Source: Malacoraja senta (lineage: Eukaryota). Taken from it: a stretch of 64,000 bases of DNA. The notes under the pieces are model-generated. The model was not told where the DNA came from. It ran no database searches and saw nothing but the letters and a program-made list of their open reading frames with translations. Positions 37,501 through 51,713 of the stretch are shown here, piece by piece. A program made the translations under genes and the position numbers. The DNA lies in contig CM075992.1 of assembly GCA_038087875.1 (NCBI GenBank), forward strand, positions 2,358,001 to 2,422,000. The letters run 5' to 3'. Positions within the stretch are counted from its first letter, which is position 1. Each line of letters opens with the position of its first letter.

Positions 37501-40500
37501 AGACTCAGGTTCAATCCTGACCTCGAATGTTGTCTATGTGGAGTTTGCATGTTCTCCCTTGGACTGCATGGGTTTCCTCTGGATGTTCTGGTTCCCTCCC
37601 ACATCCCAAAGGCTTGCAGCTTTGTAGGTTGACTGTCCTCTGTAAATTGTTCCAAGCCTGGTGTGTAAGGAGTGGATGGGAACGGGGCACAACATAGAAC
37701 TAGTGTGAAGGGGTGCTCGATGGTCTGCACTGACCCGATGGGTCGCAGGGCCCATTTCCGTGCTGTATCTCTAAATGAAACTAAACTAAACATAGACATT
37801 GTCAACAGGGATCAGGACTGGAAGACTATCTCACGTACGGCTCGCTAAACCAGGAAAGTTGAGCCCACTGCTCTGAGGACAAGCGATCTGATGAATAAAT
37901 ATGACTGAACTTTTAACTTCCCTTAACTGCTGACGGCAGCAACTCTGAGCAGTTTATCTGTATGGTGCCATGTATGACTCAATCGCCTGAGCTAAAGAAC
38001 AGTAGCTCAGCAGGGCCCTGGCCCAAGCCACTTGTAATTGCTCAATAGAATGACTTGAAAATATGATTTGAGGTGGGGATCGACACAAAAAGCTGAGGTA
38101 ACTTAGCGGATCAGGCAGTATCTGTGGTGAAATGGACTGGGTGGCATTTCAGCTCAAGACCCATCTTCAGACAGTCAGGGGGAAGGGAAACGAGATATAG
38201 ACGGTGATATAGAACAAATAATGAAAGAGATGCAAAAATGTAACGATGATCAAGGAACCGTGGAGTCCACAATGGTCCATTGTTGTCTGTGGGCTAGATG
38301 ATAATGAGTTATACAGACAATGAAACTCAGCAGGACGACAGTGAAACTAGTACAATGACTAGGGTGGGGGAGGGACGGAGAGAGAGGGGATGCAAGGGTC
38401 ACTTGCACAGGCCAGACACCTGTACTAATCAAGAATCTATCTATTTCTGCCTGAAAAATACCCATTGACGGCCTCCACAGCCATCAATGGCAACGAATTC
38501 CCCAGATTCACCACCCTCTGATTTAAGACCTCGTGCATATATTGACTGCTGCATTTCCTATTTCACAACACCAATTTAAAATAAGATTTATTGCCGAAAG
38601 TTGCGAAATACTCGATAGAAATGCAGGTAGACACAAAACGCTGGAGGAACTCAGCGGGACAGGCAGCATCTCTGGAGAGAAGGAATGGGTGACGTTTCAG
38701 GTCGAGACCCTTCTTCGGACTGATGTCAGGGGAGTTGGTGGGACAGAGTTAGAATGTAGTTGGAGACAGTAGGACTGGTGGGAGGGCTGGGAAGGGGGAG
38801 GGGATGGAGAGAGAGGGAAAGCAAGGGCTATTTGAAGTTAGAGAAGTCAATGTTCATACTGCTGGGGTGTAAGCTGCCCAAGCAAAGTATGAGGTTAAAG
38901 GGTGACTATATAGAAAGCTATAAAATAGATAACTCATTTTACAAACTTGTTGTGCTGTTGCAAGTAAGAATGTAATTGTTCTGTTTCAATACATGTGGCA
39001 ATTAAACACTCTAGATAAATACATTTAGAAAAAAATGGCAGGTTATGGTGAACATAAAAAGCATTTCTTAAAATAGTTTCTAAATACTTCTTCCAGCTCA
39101 TAACACAGACAAACGCAGACATTACTTGAGACCGAATGCAAAGGCCAAGCACTCAGTTAAAAATGTGAAACTGACACTGATTGGTGTAATATCCCAATTC
39201 TTTCTCAGAGAATAAAAAAGACACACGTGTTTTGGAAATGGAACGTGTAGGAAGGAACTGCAGATGCTGGTTTTGACCGAAGATACGCACAAAATGCTGG
39301 AGTAACTCAGCGGATCTGGCTGCATCTCTGGAGAGAAGGAATGGGTAAAGTTTTGGGTCGAGACCCTTATTCAGACTGATAGGGTCTCACTCTCAGTGTG
39401 AAGAAGGGTCTCGACCCGAAACATCACCCATCCCTTCTCTTCAGAGATGCTGCCTGTCCCGTTGAGTCGCATTTCGTGTCTACCTTTGGTGTAAACCAGC
39501 ATCTGCAGTTCCTTCGTACACGTTTTAATTCTGTTAATGTGTAGGAAAGAACTGCAGATGCTGGTTTAAACTGAAGAAGGGTCACGACCCGAAATGTCAC
39601 CCATTCCTTCTCTCCAGAGATGCTGCCTGACCCGCTGAGTTACTCCAGTATTTTGTGTCTACCTTTAATTCTGTTAAAGAATGAACTGCAGATGCTGGAA
39701 AATCGAAGGTAGACAAAAATGCTGGAGAAACTTAGCGGGTGAGGCAGCATCTATGGAGCGAAGGCAGTTTGCACCCCAGCGGTATGAACATTGACTTCTC
39801 TAATTTCAGGTAGTCCCTGCTTTCTCCTCCCCTTCTCAGCTCTTCCTCAGCCCACTGTCTCCGCCTCTTCCTTTCTTCTTCCCGCCCCCCCCACCACCCT
39901 CACATCAGTCTGAAGAAGGGCCTCGACCCGAAACGTTGCCTATTTCCTTCACTCCATAGATGCTGCCTCACCCACTGAGTTTCTTCAGCAATTTTGTCTA
40001 CCTTTAATTCTGTTAATGTTGTCTTTCACATGCAGAAGTGATGCGGACATTAGACTTTTATTCTGGAACTGTTGCGCTACCACCATATTCGGCATGTTAG
40101 CGGAATGAGAACAATTTTGTGTCTATCTTTGGGAAATGGAAGCCAGTTTTGATGACAATGACAGCTCAGGAAATTGGAAACCTTGGCCTGAACTTGGTCT
40201 TCACAGCAACGTTATGGGGTCAGGCAGGAAAGTGGCACTGACTATAAGAGTAGCCAAGATCTCAGTAAATTGTTCCTATAATTAGGAATGTCCACACAGT
40301 TGTTGGCTTTTCTTCTTATTAACGAGCAAACATGTGATCTACCATCAGCCTCTGCTTACAAAATAACTGTAACTAGTCATAAAAAAGTAATTAAATTACT
40401 GTGCTGGGCATGTGAAAGGAACTGTGCAGGAAGGAACTGCAGATGTTGGTTGACACCGAAGATAAACACAAAATAATGGAGTAACTCAGTGCTTAAGAAG

Positions 40501-42264
40501 GAACTGCAGATGCTGGAAAATCGAAGGTAGACAAAAGTGTTGGAGAAACTCAGTGGGTGCGGCAGCATCTATGGAGTGAAGGAAATAGGCAACGTTTTGG
40601 GCCAAAACCCTTCTTCAGACTGAGTAACTCAGTGCGACAGGCAGCATCTCTGGAGAGAAGGAATGGGTGACGTTTCGGGTCGAGGGTCTGAAGAAGGGTC
40701 TCGACCCATTCCTCCTCTCCAGAAATGCTGCCTGCCTGTCCCGCTGAGTTACTCCAGCTTTTTGTGTCTATCTTATGTGAAAGGAACTAATGTGTATGTT
40801 CCATGTAGGAACTTTGTGTTGGGAATTCGCTGTCATGACACTAGAAAACTCCTCTGATTCTTGGCATCCAAGTCATTACAACGGGAAAGAAATTTAGCAT
40901 CAAAGGGGCTTGCATAACACAATATTCTCAATGGAGGCAAATAAAAGATGAGTCATTTTCCTTTTTCCTGACATAAAGCACAGATGCACAGGAAGAAATA
41001 TTGATTTGTTTTGACAGTAGCACCTCGTCCCACAAGAAATGAATTCCCAGCTAATCATCATCAATATCTTATCATAAATAACATTCTTTTATTGCCAAGC
41101 TCTGTTGGCTAAAGTTGTTTGGCTGCTTTGATTGGCAAAGCAAATCCAGGCTGGATAAGTAGAAATAAGGAACTGCAGATGCTGGTTTACCAAGGAAAGA
41201 TACAAAACGCTGGAGTAACTCAGCAAGACAGTCAGCACTGAAAGGACTTGATGGGCCGAATGGCCTAATTCTGCTCCTATTCCTTATCACATGGAGAACA
41301 CGGATAGGCGACTGTTTGGGTCGAGATCCTTCCTTCACTGGACTTTATCTTGCACTAAATGTTATTGCCCTTATCCAGTACCTAGACACTGTAAATGGCT
41401 CGATTGTATGCATGTATAGTCTATCTTCGGTGTAAACCAGCATCTGCAGTTCCTTCCCACACATTAATTCTGATAATGTCGCCTTTCACATGCAGAAGTC
41501 ATGCTTCTGGACATAGGACTTTTATTCTGGAACTTACGCTACAATGCTGAGAACCATATTCTGCACTCTGCATCTTTCTCTTGCTCTTCCTATTGTACTT
41601 GAGTTTGGCCTGATTGAATTCATGTATAGTATTATCCGATTTAGTTTAGTTTAGTTTAGGTTAGAGATACAGGCAGAAACAGGTCCTTCAGCCCCACCGA
41701 GTCCACACTGACCAGTGATCCCCGCACACTAACACTATCCTACACACACTATGGGCAATTTACAATTTGACCAAGCCAATTAACCTACAAACCTGTACAT
41801 CTTTGGAATGTGGGAGGAACCCGGAGCTCCCGGAGAAAACGCACGCAGGTCACGGGGAGAAGATACAAACTCCGTACAGACAGCACCCGTGGACAGGATC
41901 GAACCTGGGTCTCTGGTAACTCAGCGGGACAGGCAGCACCTCTGCGTAGAAGCAATGGGTGACGTTTCGGGTTGAGATCCTTCTCCAGTCTGAAGCATCA
42001 GACCCATTCCTTCTCTCCAGAGATGCTGCTGTATTGTGTGTCTGTCTAGAATAGATCATTGTTAGCTAGGAGACAACGAAGCATACAGAGATAAAATGGA
42101 ATCAAGGGGACTTCAAAATGTCCCGTTGAACTGGACATAAGTATCATTTTGTGTAGCAAGGAACTGCTGACGCTGATTTACATCGAAGATAAGCACAAAA
42201 TGCTGGAGGAACATAATCAGGAATGGGTGACGTTTCCGGTCGAGACCCTTGGTGAGATATGACA

Positions 42265-42478
42265 GGCGGGGGACGGGGAAGTAAACACTTGGTGTTGAAA
42301 CACAAATGTCGATGAGACATCTCAGGCAGTTGTGGAAAGGAGGGCGGTGTTGAAGTTTCCTTCCACTACAACTCAAGCCCTGACACTGCGCTCATCTCAG
42401 AGCGCTGGGGAACGCGAGGGAACTTGCAGAGGAAGCCTTTAGTCTCAGGATTGAGCGCTTGAAAGCAACCATTCAACT
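42265..42478 (+). promoter_or_regulatory. Putative proximal promoter / 5' UTR of the ICAM-like gene
   Basis: Non-repetitive, relatively CpG-rich region directly upstream of the signal-peptide exon; GGGCGG box near 42342, GGAAGT/CTTCC ETS-like cores. TSS not determinable. Confidence 0.45.
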
Positions 42479-42545
42479 ATGGATGCGGGACTCACGCCGT
42501 GGGCTGGATACGTTTACATTTTGTCCTCGTTGTTCACTGTGGCAG
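42479..42545 (+). CDS. ICAM/VCAM-family gene exon 1 (signal peptide MDAGLTPWAGYVYILSSLFTVA)
   Basis: ACTATGG Kozak context, hydrophobic leader, phase-1 donor CAG|GTACCT that joins exon 2 in frame. Not in the ORF track. Confidence 0.75.
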
Positions 42546-44382
42546 GTACCTGTGGCGAGGCTGCGCTGTTTTTCAGGTTGTGATCTGACCGCGGTTACCG
42601 GTAACACAGAGGGGGCTGTGGTCATTTGTGCTCAGATGCTGGGGGTTTGGGTTGGCTGGAGCTGGTTCTTGGTGGGAGAAAACTTGTCCATGGCGTCGCC
42701 GACCCCCACCCCCCTCTCCCCCTCTCCCACCCCAGTTCCCCTTCATCTCTGGCAGAACCGACACCCTGAACTGGCCACTGATTTATCGTCGCTTCTAACA
42801 GGGAGATTCTCGGGTCCGGACCGCAGTTGGAGTTTAGAAACATGGAAAACAGGTGCAGGAGGAGGCTATTTGTCCCTTCGAGCCAGCACCGCCATTCATT
42901 GTGATCATGGCTGATCATCCACAATCAGTAACCCATGCCTGCCTTCTCCCCATATCCCTTGATTCCACTAGCCCCTAGAGCTCTATCTAACTCTCTCTTA
43001 AATTCATCCAGTGATTCTCTTTTAAATTAATCCAGTGAATTGGCCTCTGCTGCCTTCCGTGGCAGAGAATTCCACAAATTCACAACTCTCTGGGTGGAAA
43101 AGTTTCGTTTATAGACACACAAAATGCTGGAGTAACTCAGCGGGGTTAGGCATCATCTCTGGAGAACATAGAGAGTGACTTTATTGGTCAGGACCCGTCT
43201 TCATATTGAATGGCGGTGCTGGCTCGAAGGGCCGAATGGCCTATTACTGCACCTATTTTTTATATTTCAGACTGAGAGTTTAGTTTAGTTTATTATCAAA
43301 GGTTTAATGTCGAGGTCCAGTGGAAAGCTTCCACGTCCTGATTCATATTCAGGTCCAGTGAAAGGTGAAATATTTACAGGGATGGAGTTACAGGGACGGG
43401 GTGGCTGTTCTAATGTAAAACACAAAGTGCTGGAGGAACTCGGCGGGTCAGGCTGCGTCTATGGAGGGAAATGGTCGGGCAACGTTTCGGGTCGGGACCC
43501 TTCAGACTGACGGAGAAGGATGATGGGGTGGGGTGAGGAAGCTGGAAAAACGACCTCATGCTTCATCAGAAAGGTCCCGATCTGAAGCGTCGTGTGTCCG
43601 CTCCCTCCACAGACGCTGCCTGAGCCGCTGAGTTCCTCCAGCAACTGCGTTTAGCGCAAGGAGCACCTTGAGCGGTCACGGTGGCGCTGCGGTAGAGTTA
43701 TAGTTGCTGCCTATACAGCGCTTGCAGCGCCGGAGACCCGGGTTCCATCCCCACTACGGGTGCTGCCTGGACGGAGTTTGTACGTTCTCCCCGTGACCTG
43801 CGTGGGTTTTCTCCGAGATCTTCGGTTTCCTCCCACACTCCAAAGACGTGCAGGTTTGTAGATTAATTGGCTTGATTAATTTGCCTGATAAAATGTAAAA
43901 TTGTCCAGAGCTGAGTCTCTGTAGCGTTCTACATCCAGATAGACACAAAATGCTGGAGGAACTCAGCGGGACAGGCAGCATCTCTGGAGAGAGAAGGAAT
44001 GGGTGACGTTTTGGGTCGAGACCCTTCTTCAGTACAACTTCTCACCAGAGATGCTGCCTGTCCCGCTGAGTTACTCCGGCTTTTTGTGTCTATCTTCGGT
44101 TTAAACCGGCATCTGCTGTTCCTTCCTACACACCCTTCAGCAACAGACTGGTTCCACCAAGATGCAGCACAGAATGCCACAGGAGATCCTTTTTCCTTGT
44201 GGCTATCAAACTGTACGACTCAGGGAGAATCTTACAGACAGCACCTGTAGTCAGGATCGTCTCTGGCGCTGTGAGGCAGCAACTCTACCGCTGCGCCAAT
44301 GTGCTGCCCTTGGATTTTCATTATCTATTATCTGTACTACATTTAACGTGATTTGTTCTCTTGTCCAACATTGTGACTACAG

Positions 44383-44631
44383 ATACAGTATTGATCAAAG
44401 CAGAACCGTCTGCTGTGGAATTTGGACGTCCTTTGGTGGTGAACTGCAGTTCATCTTGTGTAGCAACAAATATATTAATGGAAGGAAGGAGAGGATCTAA
44501 TGAAACCAAACAGCCTGAGTGGTTGGCATATTCTTTCTCGACAGTTACGTCGTGGTATCTTCGAATGTATTGCTCTGTGACCTGCTCATCTGGGAAAAGG
44601 GATTCCCTGGACACAATAATTCCTGTCTACA
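44383..44631 (+). CDS. ICAM/VCAM-family gene exon 2 (N-terminal four-cysteine Ig domain)
   Basis: TACAG| acceptor and |GTAAGT donor; DTVLIKAEPSAVEFGRPLVVNCSSSC..ILMEG..W......MYCSVTC..IPVY; paired CxxxC motifs typical of ICAM/VCAM/MAdCAM domain 1. Confidence 0.92.
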
Positions 44632-46304
44632 GTAAGTACAAGAATTTCTCTTCAGCTTTTTTTTCCACAAGGAATAGCTCCACTCAATAACCAAAAATCT
44701 GTAGCCTCCTTTTGCTCTGGTATTATATTCAATTCACATGTTTAATCAATAATGTTTTATTATTAATGTTTAATGTTTTATGTATCATTCCTAACTGTCA
44801 CTGTATGTCATGTTGTCACTTGTGGGTGGAGCACCAAGGCAAATTCCTTGTATGTGAATACTTGGCAAATAATCTTATTCATTCATTCATTCATTCACAC
44901 AAAGGTGGAATTGCCAATGTCTCTCACGGTTTCCAGTAATGAGAGGCTATAGAACCCAAGGGCACAGCCTCAGAATTAAAGGAGGTATCTTCAGATGAGG
45001 AAGAATTTTTTCAGCCGGGGAGGTGCAATGGTGGAATTCACTGCCACTGATGGCGGTGGAGGCCAAGTCATTGGGTATTTTTAAAGCAGAGGTTGACAGG
45101 TTCTTGATTATTAAGGGCGTCAAAACTCACAGGGGGAGAAGGCAGATGAGATTGAATGGGAAAAATAGATCAGACTGAATGGCGGAATAGACTTTAGTTT
45201 AATTCAGAGATACAGCTCAGAAACAGGCCCTTCGACCCACCGAGTCCGCACTGACCAGCGATCCCAGCACACTAACACTATCCGACACACACTAGGGACA
45301 ATTTACATTTATACCAACCCAATTAACCTACAAACCTGTACGTCTTTGGAGTGTGGGAGGAAACCCGAGGATCTCTGAGAAAACCCACGCAGGTCACGGG
45401 GAGAACGTACAAACTCCGTACAGACAGCACCCGTAGCCAGGATCGAACCCGGGTCTCCGGCGCTGTAAGCGCTGTGTGGCAGTAACTCGACCGCTGCACC
45501 ACCATGCCGACCAATGGGCTGAATGGCCTAACTCTTCCTGTGTAATGGTCTTATGGACAATGCTTGTTTTAAATCTGATATAAGCTTGCGTTGATGATCT
45601 GCCGCAGTGTGGTAGAAGGAACCACTCAAATTAACCCCGATTCCAGATAACAATACACAATGTCAACAACTAAAGGAGAGGCAAAGGTTACAGACCCACT
45701 TGAGTTTTTTTACAGCAATGAAACAGAAACCAAAGAATAAGGGGTAAGCCATTTAGAACTGAGATGAGGAAACACTTTTTCTCACAGAGAGTGGTGAGTC
45801 TGTGGAATTCTCTGCCTCAGAGGGCAGTGGAGGCGGGTTCTCTGGATGCTTTCAAGAGAGAGCTAGATAGGGCTCTTAAAAATAGCAGTCAGGGGATATG
45901 GGGAGAAGGCAGGAACGGAGTACTGATTGGGGATGATCAGCTTTGATCACATTGAATGGTGGTGCTGGCTCGAAGGGCCGAATGGCCTACTCCAGCACCT
46001 ATTGTCTACTGTCTATTATCTATTAAGTGTGTTGGTAATTTCAAAGCATTTAATGATGGGCCATCTTGTTTGTTCCCTGCAGATGCCTCTGGGAACTTTA
46101 ACTTTATATCCGTTTTTAGTGTGCTGTCATAAACCTGGTGTGACAAAGTGAGGCAGGAAGTGTGTGCCTGTCATGTGCCTTTGCAATAAGTGAATCTGGG
46201 TCACATATTGTGTTTGTGGACTGGCTGTAGATCTTCTCTGCATCAGATACAGAGGATTTCCTGAGAACACTGAACGGAACAGCACAGTTTAGCTTAGTTT
46301 AGTT

Positions 46305-46538
46305 ACGGTACTAATTACGGTAATAGCCGCTCGTAGGTACTCGGGGCTCTCGGGGACATTTTTCAACATGTTGTAAAATCTTCACGAGTCTTCACGAGCT
46401 TACCGAGTACCTGCCGTTAGCGTTACAAGCCGCTAAGAGGCGTCCCGATCTCCGACGTACCCGCTACATTCTACATGCTTACCACGAGTTAGATTTTTTA
46501 AATAAACTCGGGAGAGCTCTTGAATTGGGACAGGCCCT
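46305..46538. mobile_element. One-ended Harbinger-like MITE, present only in the right arm
   Basis: Ends GGGACAGGCCCT|TA; internal sequence is the reverse complement of the 32764 element's 5' part. Confidence 0.75.
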
Positions 46539-47221
46539 TAAGGATAATTTACATTTATACCAAGCCATCCACATCGACGTGCGATCCCCGCACATTTGTA
46601 TCTCTAAATGAAACCAAAACTAAACTACACACAAGCATGGCCCAACCAAAGGGCTGCATCATGACTTCCTTGTGAGGAAGGATTGTCGATATAGGGTTGG
46701 TCCTGAGTTTGACTATCCACGTTACAACCCCTGTGCCTCGTTGATCTCAATGCTTTGTGACATCAATTAGCATTGCCTATAAATATATTTGCTGAAGAGA
46801 GCTCAATGTGTAAAAATAGAAGTTTTATTGTAACGCACGGGGATGGCACTTACTGTAATTACTTATCATAGAATAAAAATACAATCCAGATGTGTTTCCC
46901 ACAACAGATGTGACTGAACCATCCATGGTGTATTGGTCGGTCAGTCAAGCAGTCCCAGTGACGGCTGGGTCACCCTTTCAAGCTGCATGGCAGCACAGGG
47001 GTTAACGCAGCTGCATGACAGCTCCCAACCTCGCAGCATCCATGCATTCCCAGGAACATGTGCTGCCTGTGTGGAGTTATAGAGTCAGAGAGTTTAACAG
47101 TGAGGAAACAGGCCCTTCACCCCAACTTGCCCACACCGACCAACATGTCCCAGCTACACTAATCCCACCTGCCTGCCTTTGGTCCATATCCCTCCAAACC
47201 TGTCCCATCCATGTACCTGTC

Positions 47222-47574
47222 CCATCCAGGGACGACAGATGGCGCAATGGGCTAAGTGTTCGGCTGGCAACCGGAAGGTAGCCGGTTCGAATCCCGCTTG
47301 GAGTGCATACTGTCGTTGTGTCCTTGGGCAAGACACTTCACCCACTTTTGCCTGCGTGTGAATGTGTGTGAATGTGTGTGAGTGATTGGTGGTGGTCGGA
47401 GGGGCCGTAGGCGCAGATTAGCAGCCACGCCTCCGTCAGTCTGCCCCAGGGCAGCTGTGGCTACAGAAGTAGCTCACCACCACCGAGTGTGACTGAGAAT
47501 GAATAATGCGATGTAAAGCGCCTTGAGTATTAGAAAGGCGCTATATAAATCCCATCCATTATTATTATTATTAT
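47222..47574 (+). mobile_element. tRNA-derived SINE with CORE-like middle and L2-type tail, present only in the right arm
   Basis: A box TGGCGCAATGG, B box GGTTCGAATCC, GTGTCCTTGGGCAAGACACTT, tail TGTAAAGCGCCTTGAGTATTAGAAAGGCGCTATATAAAT..(ATT)n; TSD TACCTGTC (47214-47221, 47575-47582). Confidence 0.85.
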
Positions 47575-50460
47575 TACCTGTCTAACTGTTTCTTAAACGT
47601 TGGGATAGTCCCAGCCTCAACTACCTCCTCTACACCCACCACCCTTTGTGTGAAAAAGTTACCTCTCAGATTCCTATTAAACCTTTTCCCCTTCACCTTG
47701 AACCTACAGTGTGTCCTCTGGTCCTTGATTCCCCTACTTTGGGCAAGAGATCTGTGCATCTTCCCTCAGTATAGTAAACGCTCATAATAACGGACCACGT
47801 TTCGGGGGTGGGGGGATGGTGCCCGTTATTGCCGATTGTCTGCTATAACCGGGTGAGGGGGGGGGGGGGGTAAAGTTTAACCCAGGGGTGTGAGGGAAGA
47901 AATGCGGCGTTGCAGAGGGGGTTAAACAAGCAGGAATTCACGGGGCAGGGAGCCGCAGAGACCCCGGCCCCTCATGCAGAGAGCTGGGGACGTGTCCAGT
48001 ACTCACTCTGTCTTCATGCTGCTCACTCACTCCCCTCCCAAAGCTGAACCAGATGCTCCCATCACCAACAACAAGGTACAATATGTGTACCAGCACCAAT
48101 AGACAGTAGACAATAGGTGCAGGAGTAGGCCATTCGGCCCATTCAATGTGATCATGGCTGATCATCCCCAATCAGTACCCCGTTCCTGCCTTCTCCCCAT
48201 ACCCCCTGACTCCGCTATCTTTAAGAGCCCTATCTAGTTCTCTCTTGAAAGTATCCAGAGAACCGGCCTCCACCGCCTTCTGAGGCAGAGAATTCCACAG
48301 ACTCACAACTCTCTGTGTGAAAAAGTGTTTCCTCATCTCCGTTCTAAATGGCTTACCCCTTATTCTTAAACTGTGGTCCCTGGTTCTGGACTCCCCCAAC
48401 ATCGGGAACATGTTTTAGCTACCAAACACATTTTAGCTACCGAAAAAAGCTCCGATCTCCTCAGTCCAATAAAAACCCAGAGCATGTTAAACTAGTGGCC
48501 ATGAACAATTCTTAAGTGATGCAGTAGTGACCTCTCCTGCTTCAACACACTGGTTGTGGTATAACTATTTAGACAACTATTTCAGATAAGCCTGTTCCAG
48601 CAGCCCCACGTTAATGGAGTCGATTGTGTCTAAAAATACTGACACAGGATCTCGTTTTCTCTTATCTGCAGCTCAGATGACATAAAGTGTTTAGTTTATT
48701 TATCCAGAGGAAATGGGTTGCCAGAGGAACACATTTTTGCTGTTAGAGCTCTTTTTAAACAAGATTGTTGAAAGTTAAATCAGTGCTGCCTCCTCACCCT
48801 TCCATCCCTCACATAATTCCTTCCCTGATTACAATATCCTGACCATTATTATTTCATAATATAGTTCATATTTTTCATGTAAATGATACCGCAATCATTC
48901 TAACTTTTAATTTATTTCCTGATTATAAAATTGTGACCATTATAATTCCATAATGTTTGGATTATTGGAGTGTTTATTTGGAGTATTGCTTGCAGTTCTG
49001 GTTGCCCCTTTACAGAAAGATGCAGAGGCTTAGTTTAGTTTAGAGATACAGCACGGAATCAGGCACTTTGGCCCACTGGGTCCGCACCAACCAGTGATGT
49101 CTGCAAACTAACTCTATCTACACACACTAAGGACAATTTACATTTATACCAAGCCATCCACATCCACCAGCGATCCCCGCACATTAACACTATTCCACAC
49201 ACTAGGGACAGTTTACATTCGTACGGAGCCAATTAACCCACATATCTGTACACCTTTGGAGTGAGGGAGGCAATCGAAGATCTCGGAGAAAACCCACGTG
49301 GTCACGGGAAGAACGTACAAACTCTGTACAGACAGCACCCGTAGTCGGGTTCGAACCCGGGACTCTGGTGCTGTAAGTTAGCAACTCTACCGCTGTGCCA
49401 TCGCGCTGCCCTTTGGAGTAGGTTTAGCAGAATGCTGCCTGGATTGGAGGTTTTTAGCTATAGGGAGAGGTTGGATAGACTTGGACTTCTTTCTTTGGAA
49501 CGTAGGAGGTTGAGGGGTGACTTGATAGATGTATACACAATTATGAGAGGCCATACAGTCAGAACCTTTCTCCCAGGGTGGAAATGTCTTATACTAGGGG
49601 GCGTAACTATAAGGTGAGAGGTGGGAAGTTTAATAGAGATGTGTGGGGCAAGTTACATTTTACACAGAGAGTGCTGGGGGCCCAGAACACATTGCCGAGG
49701 GTGGTGGTGGAGGTAGATGCGATAAAAACATTTAGGAGGCTTTTGGATAGGCATAAGAAAGTGCAGGGAATAGAGGGATATGGATCATGTACAGGCAGAT
49801 GAGATCAGTTTCAATTTGGAATCATGTTGGGCACAGACATCGTGGGCTGAAGGGCCCGTTCCTGTAATGTTCTATGTTCTATAATATAGTTAATATTTTC
49901 ATCTAATAGATACCTCAACCATTCTAACTTTGGTCTTACTAAATAATCTATAATACCCATTTGTGGAAAAACATACACCTCTAGTTCAGTTCAGTTTAGT
50001 TCATTGTCACGTGTCTCGAGCTACAGGGAATAGCTTTTGTTACGTGCTAACTAGCCAGTGGAAAGACAATACATGATTACAATCGAGCCTTTTACAGTGT
50101 ACAAATATATGAAAAGGGAATAACATTTAGTGCAAGGTAAAGCCAGCAAAGTCTGATCAATGATAGTCTGAGGGTCATCAATGTTGTAGATCGTAGTTCA
50201 GCACTGATCACTGGTTACACTTGGCTTCCTATTAAATCTTTCCCCCCCTCACCTTAAACCTATAAACTGGAATAGAAAATTAAGAGGGCATATTTGACAA
50301 TGGGTTTTAGTGAATGGAAGTTCTGTTGCACGTTGACTCTATTTTGAATCTTCAGTGAAACATGTTCAAATACAGGCAGGTTCGATGATTACTGTCAACA
50401 GTCCTTTAACACATCGTAATGCCTCGATGATTACTGTCCATTGCGATTGTATTTCAACAG

Positions 50461-50775
50461 ATCGAGAGTTGAACATTACTTCCCCTCCTGAAGTGTTGGA
50501 AATTAATACAACATATAGCCTGGAATGCACTGGCCCCAGGGTCTATCCTAACAATAAGCTCATACTCAAATGGCAAAGAGGAAACGAGATCATCCAGACC
50601 AATTCCACAGAAGAAAAAGGTATCCTGAATGAGGATAAACGATTAAGGAATGTCTTACAATTTACTGCAAGGACTACGGACGATGGACAGGTTTATACCT
50701 GCGTGGCAGAAGTAGACCTAGGCTCCAACACCACTTTGCAAATCACAAACTCCTCCGTGACCTTGCAAACTTACC
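50461..50775 (+). CDS. ICAM/VCAM-family gene exon 3 (Ig domain 2)
   Basis: CAACAG| acceptor, |GTAAGT donor, phase 1/1; YSLECTGPRVYPNNKLILKWQRGNE...FTARTTDDGQVYTCVAEVDL resembles ICAM/VCAM domain 2. Confidence 0.93.
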
Positions 50776-51434
50776 GTAAGTTACCTTTGAATAAATGTTA
50801 GGTAGACATAAATGCTGGAGAAACTCAGCTGGTGAGGCAGCATCTATGGAGCGAAGGATGGGTGACGTTTCAGGCCTCGACCCGAAACGTCACCTATTTC
50901 CTTCGCTCCATACATGCTGCCTCACCCGCTGAGTTTCCCCAGCATTGTTGTCTACCTTTGAATAAATGCTAGTTGGTTCATTTTCTTTATTATACCAGAG
51001 TAGTGATGGAACTTATGACAGAAGTCTCGGATGCTACTATGATGTTTACCCCAGCAATTAGTAATCGGTACAATGTAAAGATGATCAATTCAAACTGGCA
51101 TCAGGACAGAGAAGCATTATGGACCAACTCTGATATGGTGTGAGAATCATGGAGCTAGCATCTACACACCTACACACAATAGGGACAATTTTGTTTTTTA
51201 CATTTTATACCAAACCAATTTATATACAAACCTGTACGTCTTTGGTGTGTGGGAGGAAACCGAAGATCTCGGAGAAAACCCACGCAGGTCATGGCGAGAA
51301 CGTACAAACTCGGTACAGACAGCACCCCTAGTCGGGATCGAACCCGGGTCTCTGGCGCTGTGAGGCAGCAACTCTACCCCTGCGCCACCCTGCTTAATTT
51401 GCTTAACTTTAATGCATTTTCTTTCTTTTCACAG

Positions 51435-51713
51435 GTGAACCTCGAAGCACAATGATATCAGTAAATAACCAAAGCTCATCAGAGTCTCCAGTGCATGTGG
51501 CTGGTGGGGACAGCGTCACCTTAGTCTGTGATACACTGGGGAACCCAGAGCCAACATTAAAATGGGAATACCCTGAAAGTACCAACATTGCAATCAATAC
51601 TTCCGCAGTCCTCTATATTTCTGAAGCCACGACGGAAAATAATGGAATATACAAATGTACTGCTAGCAATAAATATGGAGCTGATGAGAACAAAGTGGAG
51701 ATCAAAGTGAAAG
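51435..51713 (+). CDS. ICAM/VCAM-family gene exon 4 (I-set-like Ig domain 3)
   Basis: Polypyrimidine tract + ACAG| acceptor, G|GTCAGT donor; GDSVTLVCDTLGNPEPTLKW...LYISEATTENNGIYKCTASNKYG. Confidence 0.94.

Noticed and set aside
42459..42914. 151-aa ORF over exon 1
   Set aside because: Different frame from the signal peptide; runs through intron 1 into a CR1 tail.
47230..47305. tRNA gene (also the HE1 SINE heads)
   Set aside because: A/B boxes continue into SINE bodies with LINE-like tails; no complete cloverleaf with terminator seen.
50355..50460. N-terminal part of the 148-aa ORF (MKHVQ...MITV..MITV)
   Set aside because: Intronic sequence upstream of the acceptor at 50460, containing a short direct repeat.
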